A DNA stretch of 64,000 nucleotides, from assembly GCA_963748455.1 (NCBI GenBank), contig CAVVJD010000022.1, positions 704,143-768,142 of the forward strand, in the 5' to 3' direction. Each line of letters begins with the position of its first letter. Positions within the stretch are counted from its first letter, which is position 1. This stretch comes from an uncultured Alphaproteobacteria bacterium (lineage in GTDB: Bacteria; Pseudomonadota; Alphaproteobacteria; CACIAM-22H2). The notes below the pieces were generated by a model. That model was not told where the DNA came from, made no database searches, and saw only the letters and a program-made list of their open reading frames with translations. The translations under genes were made by a program, and so were the position numbers. Below are positions 30,373 to 39,818 of the stretch, piece after piece.

Positions 30373-31503
30373 TTACCCGCGCCCGAAGAAATGCTTCCAG
30401 GCGAGATCGTTGGGCGTTTCGAGATCGCGGTAGAAGCTGACGACGCGGCGCGCCCAGGCGCGTTGCAAGTCGTACACCTTCTTGAAGAAGGGATCGTCGA
30501 GCAGCGGCTTGACGACCTTGTCCCAGGCCTCGAGCTGCATCTGCAGAATCGAGTCCGGCGTCTTGAACGTCTTGACGCCCTGGTCCGATTTCATCGCCTC
30601 GAGGTCTTTCGAATAGCGGTCCTGCTGTTTCCACGACATGTCGGCCGACGCCGCCTCGCTGGCGTAGCGCAAGACCGCCTGCAGCTCGGCCGGCAGGGCC
30701 GCATATCTGGTCTTGTTGAACATGATCTCGAAGGATTCGACACGCTGATGGTAGCTGCCGAGCATGTAGAACTTCGCGACATCGGGAAAGCCGAGCGTGC
30801 GATCGGAGGACGGGTTGTTGAATTCAGCACCGTCGATCAGGCCGCGATCGATCGAGGGGACGATGTCGCCGCCCGGCAGAATTTGCACGGCGACCCCCAT
30901 CTCCTTGAAAACATCGGCTGACAGGCCGACGGTGCGGAATTTCAGGCCGCGCAGATCCTGCGGCCCGCGGATCTGCTTCTTGAACCAGCCGAACGGCTGG
31001 GTCGGCATCGGGCCGGTCAGGAAGCCGATGATGTTGAGCTTGAGGATGGTCTCGAGCAGCTCGCTGTAGAGCGCCTGTCCGCCGCCGTAATAAAACCAGC
31101 CGAGCAGGTGATTGGCCTCCCAACCCAACGGCAGCGTGGTGCCGAACAGAGACGCAACCTTGTTCTTGCCGTACCAATAGCCGGTGACACCGTGCGCGCC
31201 GTCGAGCACGCCGGTGTGGGTGGCGTCGATCACCTGAAAGGCGCCGACAATGGCGCCGGCCGGATACAGCGTGAGGCGAAAGCGGCTGCCCGCCATCTCG
31301 GTGACACGCCGGACATAGTCTTGCGCGAATTCATGGAAGATATCGCGGCTGGACCAGGTGGTTTGAAAGCGCCAGGTGACGGTCTGGGCGCGGCTGACAT
31401 GCGGGGCGGTAACGGTTCCGGCCGCGACGGCCGCACCTGCGGCCATGGTCCGGAAAAAGCGGCGCCGGGCCGGCGCCTTTGCCTTTGCAGTGCGTTCGTT
31501 CAT
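30373..31503 (-). CDS. TRAP transporter substrate-binding protein (COG4663-type), Tat signal
   Basis: Intact 376 aa ORF. It has the twin-arginine signal ARRRFFRTMAAGAAVAAGTVTAPHVSRAQ, and ..MPTQPFGWFKK..LKFRTVGL..PGGDIVPSIDRGLIDGAEFNNP... Confidence 0.85.
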   Translation of the reverse strand: MNERTAKAKAPARRRFFRTMAAGAAVAAGTVTAPHVSRAQTVTWRFQTTWSSRDIFHEFAQDYVRRVTEMAGSRFRLTLYPAGAIVGAFQVIDATHTGVLDGAHGVTGYWYGKNKVASLFGTTLPLGWEANHLLGWFYYGGGQALYSELLETILKLNIIGFLTGPMPTQPFGWFKKQIRGPQDLRGLKFRTVGLSADVFKEMGVAVQILPGGDIVPSIDRGLIDGAEFNNPSSDRTLGFPDVAKFYMLGSYHQRVESFEIMFNKTRYAALPAELQAVLRYASEAASADMSWKQQDRYSKDLEAMKSDQGVKTFKTPDSILQMQLEAWDKVVKPLLDDPFFKKVYDLQRAWARRVVSFYRDLETPNDLAWKHFFGRG

Positions 31504-31724
31504 CCTGGTCTCCCGACCTCAACGCAACGGGCCCGCCGGCATTCTGCGATGGCGGGCCACATCGCGCGTCGGCGCGCGACGGACAATGCGGTGCATTGAT
31601 CGATCTTGGTTGCTTCGACGTGAACGACCATCGCGGAGCCGTCTGCGAATACCAGGCGCGATCACTTCAAATCACAATTCCATGGCATTCGCCGGCAGGG
31701 CCTGACATCCCGACCGGCGCCGTA

Positions 31725-31916
31725 TCAAGCGCCGGGCGAGTTGCCCATGTCCTTGGTGGAGCTGTACAAATCCCAGATCGCCAGCCCCATCACGCCGATG
31801 CAGATGGCAATCAACGGCACCGCCTTGAGCCAGAGGCAAAAAAAGACGAGGAAACCGCCGACGATGATGATGCCGACAAGGCCAGCCACCAGATTGCGCT
31901 TGTACATGGCGTTCAC
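31725..31916 (-). CDS. small hypothetical membrane protein
   Basis: 63 aa ORF with two hydrophobic helices (LVAGLVGIIIVGGFLVFFCLWL, AVPLIAICIGVMGLAIW). It lies between the amidase remnant and the TRAP SBP gene on the same strand. Confidence 0.4.
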   Translation of the reverse strand: MNAMYKRNLVAGLVGIIIVGGFLVFFCLWLKAVPLIAICIGVMGLAIWDLYSSTKDMGNSPGA

Positions 31917-31946
31917 TCCTGCCGGCGCGCGGCCGGCGTCGCGATT

Positions 31947-33287
31947 TTAATTCAAGTTGTGGTTGGCAAGCCAGCGCGCCGTTCGCAGCAGGCGCGCATC
32001 GTCGCCGCGGCGGCCGACCAGCTGCACCCCCATCGGCAGGCCGGTTTCTGTCGTGAGCAACGGCAGGGTCACCGCCGGCATGCCCAGATAGGTCCAGAGC
32101 GTGCAGAAGACCGGGTTGCCCGTCGCGTCCAGCCCTTGAGGTGCTGGCCGGGTGCCGCCGGCGTCAGGATGGCATCGTAGCGGTCAAAAATGTCGCCGAG
32201 GGCGTCGTTGAGCGGCGCGATCGCCGCCACCGCCGCCTGGTAGTCAACCGCCGAAGCGCGCGCCCGCGCTCGATGAGTGCCCGCAGTTGCGCGCTGAGCT
32301 TGTCCGCGCCCTTGTCGTAGTCGCGGCGCAGATTATGCGCCATCTCAGCTTCCATGATGGTGCGATGGAGGCCGATGGCCGTCTCGAAGGAGGCGCCGAT
32401 CTGCACCTCGTCGGCCGCGTCGCCCAGGGCCTCTACCAGCTCGCCGAACGCGTCCACCGTCACGGGCTCGGCGTGCGGCCAGGCTGGCGTGCGGACGAAG
32501 GCGAGCTTCGGCGGCAGCGGCGGGGCGCTCGCTGCCGTAGCGGCGCAGCGGCGGCCGGGCCACAGGGCGCGTGTCAGAATCCTCCTCATCGAAACCAATC
32601 AGCGTTTCGGCGATCAGGGCGGCATCCTCGACCGTGCGGGCGAAGACGCCGAATGTGTCGAGCGTGCGCGACAGCAGGAGAGCGCCGCCGCGGCCGATCA
32701 GCCCATGCGTCGGTTTGAAGCCGACGACGCCGCAGAACGCGGCGGGCCGGATGACCGAGCCATTGGTCTGCGTGCCGATGGCGAGCGGGACCATGCCCGC
32801 GGCAACCGCGGCGGCCGAACCGCTCGACGAGCCGCCTGGCGTGTGCGCGGGATTGTGCGGGTTGCGCGTCTTGCCGGGTTGGAAGTAGGCGTACTCGGTG
32901 GTGACGGTCTTGCCGAGGATCACCGCCCCGGCCTCGCGCAGGCGGACGATCGCGTTGGCATCGTAGCGCGGCGTGCGTCCGGCCCAGAGTGCCGAGCCGA
33001 ACTCGGTCGGCATGTCGCCGGTGTCGAAGATATCCTTGATGCCGACCGGCACGCCATGCAGCGGCCCGTGCGGCCTGCCGTGGCGGTGCGCGTCGTCGGC
33101 CGCGTCGGCCTGCCGTAGGGCGTGCTCGCGATCGAGGAAAGTCCAAGCCTGCACGTCCGGTTCGCGCGCCTCGATGACGGCGAGGCACGCCTCCACCAGC
33201 TCGCGCGATGTCATCCGGCCGTCGCGGAATCGCCGCCGCCGCCTCGGCGCCGAGACCTGAGCCAGTGTTGCAACGTGCGTCATTCAT
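31947..33287 (-). pseudogene. amidase-signature family amidase, at least 4 frameshifts
   Basis: The amidase signature GGSSSGSAAAVAAGMVPLAIGTQTNGSVIRPAAFCGVVGFKPT is in ORF 32345..33283. The N-terminus MNDARC..GLGAEAAAAI is in the frame of ORF 32586..33338. Later parts are in ORF 32164..32598, and my own translation of 31947-32230 gives ..YDAILTPAAPG / PAPQGLDATGNPVFCTLWTYLGMPAVTLPLL..GVQLVGRRGDDARLLRTARWLANHNLN. Joins are near 33215, 32560, 32240 and 32150. Confidence 0.75.
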
Positions 33288-34636
33288 CTCGGCGCGTAGA
33301 GATAGTCCGGCAGCCACAGCACGAGCCGGGGAAGACATAGACCAGGATCATGGTGAGGAAGACGAGGAACACGAAGGGCAGCGCGCCGGCGAAGATTGCG
33401 TCAGCTCGACATGCTTGGGCGCCACGCCCTTCAGGTAGAACGCCGCCATGGCCACCGGCGGCGTGTTGAAGGCGGTCTGGTGTTCAGCGCCACCAGAATG
33501 CCGAAGAAGATCGGGTCGACGTCGAAATCATCGAGCAGCGGCAGGAAGATCGGCACGAAGATGACGATGATCTCCGTCCATTCAAGCGGCCAGCCGAGCA
33601 GGAAGATGATGACCTGCGTCAGAATCAGGAAGCCGCGTCGAGGACAGGTCGAGCGAGAGGAAGAAGCGCTCGATCACGCCCTGCCCGCCGAGATAGGCGA
33701 AGACCGAGGAGAAGGTCCACGAGCCGATGAACAGGAAGCAGACCATCGCCGTGGCGCGAGCCGTCAGGTACACCGATTCCTGCAAGCAGCTTGAAATCGA
33801 TCTGACCGTAGGCGGTGGCGAGCACGAGCCCGCCGAGCGCGCCGATGCCGGCGGCCTCCGACGGCGTCGCCAGGCCGAACAGGATGGCGCCGAGACGCAG
33901 ATGATCAGCAGGGCGAGCGGAGGAACGAGGTGAGCGAGCGCCCAGATCACGTGCCCAGCGGGACCTCGGTCTCCTGCTTCGGCAGCTTCGGCGCCAGCGC
34001 CGGATTCATCATCGGCCCGGACGATGACGTAGAGGATGTAGAAGCCGGCGAGCAGGAAGCCGGGAATCAAGGCGGCGGCGTAAAGCCGGACCGCTGAGAT
34101 GCCGGCGGTGGCGGCGTAGAGGATCAGCAGGATGCTCGGCGGGATCAGGATGCCGAGACAGCCGCCGGCGCACACGACGCCCGCGGCCAGCTTGGTGTCA
34201 TAGCCGGCGCGCAGCATGGCGGGAAGCGCCAGCAGGCCCATCAGGGTGACCACCGCGCCGACGATGCCGGTCGCGGTCGCGAACATGGCGCAGGTGATCA
34301 GGGTGGCGACGGCGAGGGAGCCGGGCACATTCTTGGCCGCGAGCTGGATCGAACGGAACAGTCGGTCGAGAATATTCGCTCGTTCGACCACATAGCCCAT
34401 GAACAGGAACAACGGCACGGCGGTCAGGACGTCGTTGGTGGTGACCTCGAAGGTCTTCTGCACCAGCAGCGTGAAGATGCGGTTGGATGATGTTCTGGCC
34501 GGGAACATAGAAGGCGAAAAAGCCGAAGCCCACGCCCATCGCGATGAGCGAGAAGGCGATCGGAAAGCCGAGCATGATGACGAACAGGAAGATCACCAGC
34601 ATCAACATGCCGACTTGCGGGTCGTCGTAACATCCC
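33284..34636 (-). pseudogene. TRAP transporter large permease (DctM-type), multiply frameshifted
   Basis: DctM-like fragments are spread over three frames (ORFs 33582..34508 and 34198..35016). My translation of 33284-33400 gives FYLKGVAPKHVELTQ / FAGALPFVFLVFLTMILVYVFPG / VLWLPDYLYAPR-stop. The stop overlaps the amidase ATG (ATGA at 33284-33287). The 5' boundary is approximate. Confidence 0.7.
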
Positions 34637-35230
34637 TCAGACCTCCGAATTTCTCGCCGTGCGCGGCGGCGATGCTCTTCGCGTGCATGATGACGCGTCT
34701 CCGTCTCCTCGACGTCGTGCAGCCGTTGCGGCCAGACGCCGGTGCGGATGCACATGATGCAGCGGATGACCTCGACGATGCCTTGAAGAAACATCAGCAC
34801 GCCCGTAATCGGGATCAGGGTCTTGAGCGGAAACACGGCGCGCCCGCCGGGCTGAAGATGCTGACCTCGTTGAACATCCACGGACATGCTGGCGAAGACG
34901 AAGCCCGAGTAGATAGCGCCAGGACGCCGGGAAGAAGAAGATGATGTAGAGAACAGGTCGAGGCGGGCCTGACTGCGCGGCTTCCACGTGCCGATACAGC
35001 ATGTCGCCGCGAACATGGCCGTTGCGCGACAGGGTGTAGGCGCCGGCGAGCAGAAACAGCGCGCCGTAGGTCATGTAGGTGACGTCGTAGGCCCACGTGG
35101 TCGGCGCGCCCAGGACGTAGCGCACGAAGACCTCGTAGCTGACGCCGAAGGTGAGGACGAGGATCAGCCAGCCGGCGATCCTGCCCACCCAGGTGTTGAT
35201 CAAATCGATAAAGAGCAGAACCCGATTCAC
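34637..35230 (-). pseudogene. TRAP transporter small permease (DctQ-type), multiply frameshifted
   Basis: The N-terminus MNRVLLFIDLINTWVGRIAGWLILVLTFGVSYEVFVRYVLGAPTTWAYDVTYMTYGALFLLAGAYTLSRNGHVRGDMLY is intact in ORF 34637..35230. Later parts switch frames (fragments in ORFs 34815..35096 and 34198..35016). The 3' boundary is approximate. Confidence 0.65.
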
Positions 35231-35280
35231 TATCGCGTCATGTCTGCCCCAGCGCCGGCCAGGATCCGCGAATCAGAGCA

Positions 35281-35305
35281 GGGGCGGCGCTTGTCGCGCC
35301 GCCCC
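35281..35305 (-). terminator. intra-operon GC hairpin between the TRAP SBP gene and the permease genes
   Basis: GGGGCGGCGC-ttgtc-GCGCCGCCCC is a perfect 10 bp stem. It sits 35 nt downstream of the SBP stop (35340) and upstream of the dctQ-type start (35230). The U-tract is weak. Confidence 0.45.
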
Positions 35306-35339
35306 ATTCAGGACCAGGCTCGATGCCGCAGCCGAAGAC

Positions 35340-36479
35340 TCAGATGTTGAGCTTGCCGAAATGGTGCTCGTAAGCGGCCTATAATCGGCGTTGTTGTACA
35401 TGTCGTAGTAGACGACGCGCTTCACCCACGCCTTTTGCGAGTCCATCACCTTCTTCATGAAGGCGTCCTTCTCGAGATCCTTGATCAGGCCGTCCCAGGC
35501 CTTGATCTGCGCCTCGAAGATGTCCTTCGAGCGTGCGGTGCACCTGGACCTTGTCCTTGTTGATCAGATCCTGCAGGTCGTTCGAGTAGTAGTCCATGCC
35601 CTTCCACTCGTTGTCGGACGAGACGGATTCGGCGGCGTATTGCAGGATGGCCTTGTGTTCAGCGGGCAGCGCGTTGAACTTGCCCTTGTTGAACATGATC
35701 TCGAAGTACTCGGTCGCCTGATGGTAGCTGCCCATCATGTAGTTCTTGGCCACGTCCTGGGCGCCGAAGCGGCGATCCGAGGTCGGGTTGTTGAACTCGA
35801 AGGCGTCGATCACGCCGCGCTCCATGGCCGGCACGATCTCGCCGCCGGGGAGCTGGGCCACCGAGGCGCCCATGGACTGGAACAGGTCGGCCGCGAGGCC
35901 GACGGTGCGGTACTTGAGGCCCTTGAGGTCGGCCGCCGTGCGCACCGGCTTCTTGAACCAGCCAAGCGGCTGGGTCGGCATCGGCATCGCGAAGAAGCTG
36001 ACGATGTTGACCTTCATGACCTGCTCTTGAAGCTCCTTGAAGAGCTCCTTGCCACCGCCGTAGTGGATCCAGCCCAGACCCTCGTTGGCGTTGAAGCCGA
36101 ACACCGGGCCGGTGCCGAACAGCGAGGCGGCCTTGTGCTTGCCGTACCAGTACACGGTGACGGTATGCGCCGCATCGAGAACGCCCGCATGCACCGCGTC
36201 GAACACGCTGAACGGGTGCACGACGGCGCCGCCGACCAGATATTCGATCTTCAGGCGATTGCCTGCCATGGTGTTGACGCGCTTGACATAATCCTCGGCC
36301 ATCTCGTTGAAGACGTCCTTGGCGCCCCACGAGCCCTGCATCTTGAGGGTCACGGTCTGCGCGCGCGAGACGTTCGGGGCGACGATCGAGCTGGCGGCTG
36401 CCACGGCACCGCCGGCGGCCATGGTTTTCAGAAACGAGCGCCGGCCTTTGCGAGCGCTTTGCTGGCTAGTCTCGGTCAT
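35340..36479 (-). CDS. TRAP transporter substrate-binding protein (COG4663-type paralog), two frameshifts near the 3' end
   Basis: MTETSQQSARKGRRSFLKTMAAGGAVAAASSIVAPNVSRAQ carries a Tat signal (ATG 36479) in ORF 35379..36611. It is about half identical by eye to the 30373..31503 product. The C-terminus continues via ..SKDIFEAQIKAWDGLIKDLEKDAFMKKVMDSQKAWVKRVVYYDMYNNADY (ORF 35273..35458) and then ..AAYEHHFGKLNI, with the stop at 35340. Joins are near 35530 and 35385. Confidence 0.8.
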
Positions 36480-36757
36480 GATGTCTCCTCCCAAGAGAAT
36501 TGCACGAACCCTCGCGGGGTTGTCCCCCGCGGATATCGCGATTGGTATTGTGAACTTGGCGCTCGAGCGCGGCCCACCCTGTAAACCACCGATCTTACGC
36601 CGGCCCCTCAACGAAGAATTTGCCCGAATGATCCATTACCCGCAAGCCTGCGCGCGACGCCTGCCGAACATCGTTCGCAACTGCGGCGCGCATCTTCGGA
36701 TCTGGCTAATCATCGGGCACCGCAATGTGATTGGCGCGCGACGGGCCTTCGCTACTG

Positions 36758-36785
36758 CACAAAGACGGTGGGCAAACGCCCATCC
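36758..36785 (-). terminator. candidate terminator downstream of dctM
   Basis: On the minus strand: GGATGGGC-gttt-GCCCACC (one mismatch) followed by GTCTTTGTG. Confidence 0.35.
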
Positions 36786-36793
36786 GCAACATG

Positions 36794-38081
36794 TCAGCGG
36801 TAACCGAGGCTATGCGGCAGCCAAAGTGCCAGCCCGGGGAACGCAACCACCAGGATCAACGCCACGAACATCGCGACGATCATCCAGCCGACCCAGCGAA
36901 TCGTCGCTTCGATCGGTACCTGGGCGATCTTGCAGGAGACCATCAGATTGACGGCCATCGGCGGCGTGAACTGGCCGATGGCGATCTTCATCGTGAGGAT
37001 CACGCCGAACCAGACGAGATCCCAATTATAGGATTGGGCGATGGGGATCAGGATCGGCAGCAGGATCAGGAAGGTCGAGACGCCGTCGAGGAACATGCCG
37101 ATGATCACCAGCATGACGATCAACAGCGCCAGCACGCCGTATTCGCCCACGCCCAGGCCGGTGATCGCCTTGGCGATCGGGTCGACAATGCCGAGCGTGC
37201 TGGAGGCCCAGGCGAAGACGGCGGCGAGCGCCACGACGATCAGGATCACGGCGGAGATCTCGGCCGCCTCCACCAGCATTTCATAGATGTCGCGCAGGCT
37301 GATGTTGCGATAGATGACGATGCCGACGAACAGGCCGTAAACCACCGCCATGACCGCCGCCTCGGTCGGCGTGAACCAGCCACTGCGCATGCCGCCCAGG
37401 ATCAGCACGGGGGCCAGCAGGCCCCAGATGGCGCCCTTGAAGCTCTGCCACAGGCCGGGGCGTGGTTCGTCGTTGTGGGCCGTGCCGAAGCCATGCACGC
37501 GGCTCATCCAGACGATCGGCACGATCAGCGCCAGGCCAGCGAGGATGCCCGGGATCATGCCGGCCGCGAACAGGGCCGGCACGGAGGCCGAGGGGACGAG
37601 CACGCTGTAGATGATGAAGGCGATCGAGGGCGGGATCAGGATATCGGTGGCGGCGGCCGCGCCGATGACGCTGGCGGTGAAGGCGCGCGGATAGCCGGCC
37701 TTTGTCATGGCGCGCGACCATGACGCCGCCGACCGCGGCGGCGTTGGCGGGACCGGAGCCCGAGATGCCGCCCAGGAACATCGCCACGACCACGGCGATG
37801 ACGGCGAGCGAGCCCGCACCCCGGCCGATGAGGGCGGTCGCGAACACGACCAGGCGCTGCGCCACGCCGGAGCGGTCGAAGATCGCGCCGCACAGCACGA
37901 ACATCGGGATCGCCAGCAACGGATATTTGGCGATGGACGTGTAGATGTTGGTGGGCACGGCATAGATGCCGAGATCGGCGAGCCAGATCGCGATCGTGCC
38001 GGCGAGGCCCAGCGCCACGGCAATGGGCGTGCCCAGCACCAGCATCACGGCAAACGCCACGAAGAGAATGACCGCGATCAT
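36794..38081 (-). CDS. dctM: TRAP C4-dicarboxylate-type transporter large permease DctM, one frameshift
   Basis: The N-terminus MIAVILFVAFAVMLVLGTPIAVALGLAG.. is in ORF 37281..38168 (ATG 38081, overlapping the dctQ stop by 4 nt). From ..SRAMTKAGYPRAFTASVIGAAAATDILIPPS.. onward it is in ORF 36794..38023. The join is near 37715. Confidence 0.85.
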
Positions 38082-38572
38082 CGCCCGCGCGCCACGCGCC
38101 AGGCGCGGCCCAGTGCGCGGCCAATGATGGCAAGCGAGAGCAGCGGCAGCCAGATCGTGTAGATCCATTGCGGCACGCCCAGGCCGGGCGAGGTCACCTC
38201 AAAGCGATATTCATCCCAGACCTGCTTGGTGCCGAGCACCGCGACCACGGCGAACATGATCGCCACCAGGATCATCACGACGAACTCGGCGCGCTGGCGC
38301 GAGCGCGGCCGCAGCTTGTCGACCATGTACGTGATGCGGATGTGCTGGTTGGCGGCGACGGCGGAGGCGGTCGCAACCAAAGTCATCACCACCATCAGCG
38401 CGATCGAGTATTCCTCGGTGAAGGCAAAGGAATAGTTCGTGAGATAGCGCACGACGACATTGGCGAAGGTGATGATGCCGATCAGCGCGATCGCCGCCGC
38501 CGCAATCATATGCTCGATGCGCAAGGGAATGCGCGGCGGCGATTCGAGGATCGGTTCGAGAGGTTCGTTCAT
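38078..38572 (-). CDS. dctQ: TRAP transporter small permease DctQ
   Basis: Intact 164 aa ORF with four TM helices and typical DctQ sequence (..FANVVVRYLTNYSFAFTEEYS..). Confidence 0.85.
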   Translation of the reverse strand: MNEPLEPILESPPRIPLRIEHMIAAAAIALIGIITFANVVVRYLTNYSFAFTEEYSIALMVVMTLVATASAVAANQHIRITYMVDKLRPRSRQRAEFVVMILVAIMFAVVAVLGTKQVWDEYRFEVTSPGLGVPQWIYTIWLPLLSLAIIGRALGRAWRVARGR

Positions 38573-38603
38573 GAACTGGCGATCAGTCTTCTATCGCGCG
38601 CGC

Positions 38604-38737
38604 CCCACCTCATCCTTCCCATCGCTATCGCGATGGGCCCCTTCCTTCTCCGCCCCCAAGGGGCGGAGAAGGAGAAACGGCGCGCTCGAAAGTCCCTCTC
38701 CGCCCCTTGGGCGGAGAGGGATTTAGGGTGAAGTGGG
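38604..38737. repeat. family-2 composite palindromic (REP-like) cluster inside the dctP-dctQM operon
   Basis: Nested hairpins: CCCATCGC-tatc-GCGATGGG (38618..38637), CCTTCTCCGCC..GGCGGAGAAGG (38644..38672) and CCCTCTCCGCC-ccttg-GGCGGAGAGGG (38694..38720). They are bracketed by the imperfect inverted arms CCCACCTCATCC (38604..38615) and GGGTGAAGTGGG (38726..38737). The same unit types recur at 60386..60556. Confidence 0.8.
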
Positions 38738-38771
38738 CTGGAGCCAGCGTCAGACAATTGCGTCGTCGGAC

Positions 38772-39785
38772 TCAGCGCTTGGCGACCGCCGCTTCCGCCT
38801 TCTTGACCAGATCGGCGCCGATGTTCTGCGCCCATTTGTCGTAGACGGGCTTGGTCGCCTTCTGAAACGCGGCGTGCTGCGCTGGCGTGAGCTTGGTGAT
38901 CGTCACGCCGAGGCCCTCGATCTCCTTGAGCGTGGCGTCATCGGTCGCGGTGATGCCCTTGCGCGCGAGCGCGATGTTTTCCTTGGCGGCGGTGAGCGCA
39001 GCCTCACGCACCACGTCGCGGTCAGCGGTGTTCCAGGAATTCCACACGTCCTTGCTGACCACGAAGATCAGCGGGTCGGCGACGTAGCCCCACAGCGTCA
39101 CGTATTTCTGGCCGACATTGTGCAGCTTGGCGACGGTGAAGATGGTCAGCGGATTTTCCTGCCCGTCGACCGCACCGGTGGAGAGTGCCGGCTGCGCATC
39201 GGCCCAGCTCATCTGCGTGGGATTGGCGCCCAGCGCCGTGAACGTGTCGTTGAACAGCGGCGAGCCGACGACACGGATCTTGAGTCCCTTCAGATCCTCG
39301 GGCGTCTTGATCGCGCGCTTGGAGTTGGTCACCTCGCGGAAGCCGTTTTCGCCCCAGGCGAGCGGCACGACATCCTTCGTACCGAGAAGCGCGAACAACT
39401 CCTTGCCGACCTCGCCTTGCGTCAACGCGTCGATGGCCTTGAAGTCCGGCATCAGGAAGGGCATCGAGAAGAGGTTGAGTTCCTTCACCTGCGGCGACCA
39501 GTTGATGGTCGAGCCGATGGCGAGATCGATCGTGCCCTGACGAATCGCCGTGAACTCCTTGGTCTGGTCGCCACCGACCAGCGAGGTGCCCGGATACATC
39601 TTGATGTTGATGCGGCCTTGCGTGCGCTCGCGCACCAGATCGCCCCAGCGCTCGCCGGCGATGCCCCAGGGGAACGGCTTGCCGACGACAGTCGAGAGCT
39701 TGTACTCGCTCTTATAAGCCTGCGCGTGCGCCGTGCCGGCAAGCGCCAGCAGGCCCGCGATCGCAGTCACCATTGTTCTGAACAT
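38772..39785 (-). CDS. dctP: TRAP transporter substrate-binding protein DctP
   Basis: Intact 337 aa ORF. It has a signal peptide ending in AGTAHAQ, plus ..INWSPQVKELNLFSMPFL.. and ..GAVDGQENPL.., typical of the DctP family. Confidence 0.9.
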   Translation of the reverse strand: MFRTMVTAIAGLLALAGTAHAQAYKSEYKLSTVVGKPFPWGIAGERWGDLVRERTQGRINIKMYPGTSLVGGDQTKEFTAIRQGTIDLAIGSTINWSPQVKELNLFSMPFLMPDFKAIDALTQGEVGKELFALLGTKDVVPLAWGENGFREVTNSKRAIKTPEDLKGLKIRVVGSPLFNDTFTALGANPTQMSWADAQPALSTGAVDGQENPLTIFTVAKLHNVGQKYVTLWGYVADPLIFVVSKDVWNSWNTADRDVVREAALTAAKENIALARKGITATDDATLKEIEGLGVTITKLTPAQHAAFQKATKPVYDKWAQNIGADLVKKAEAAVAKR

Positions 39786-39818
39786 GGACGGTCCTCCTTT
39801 TTTCGGCCTTGATCCCGA

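Noticed and set aside
30251-30433. Short ORFs encoded inside repeat elements (30251..30433 +, 38460..38726 +, 38569..38835 -, 60230..60448 +, 60299..60517 -).
   Set aside because: They are translations of palindromic repeats (..LDPRI.., ..LSAPWAERDLG.., ..SPPRSGGEG..) and read equally well on both strands. They are classic spurious calls.
38604-38737. A possible CRISPR array, given the repeated palindromic units here and at 60386..60556.
   Set aside because: The units are different palindromes nested within one another. They are not identical direct repeats separated by unique spacers of regular length, and no cas genes are present.
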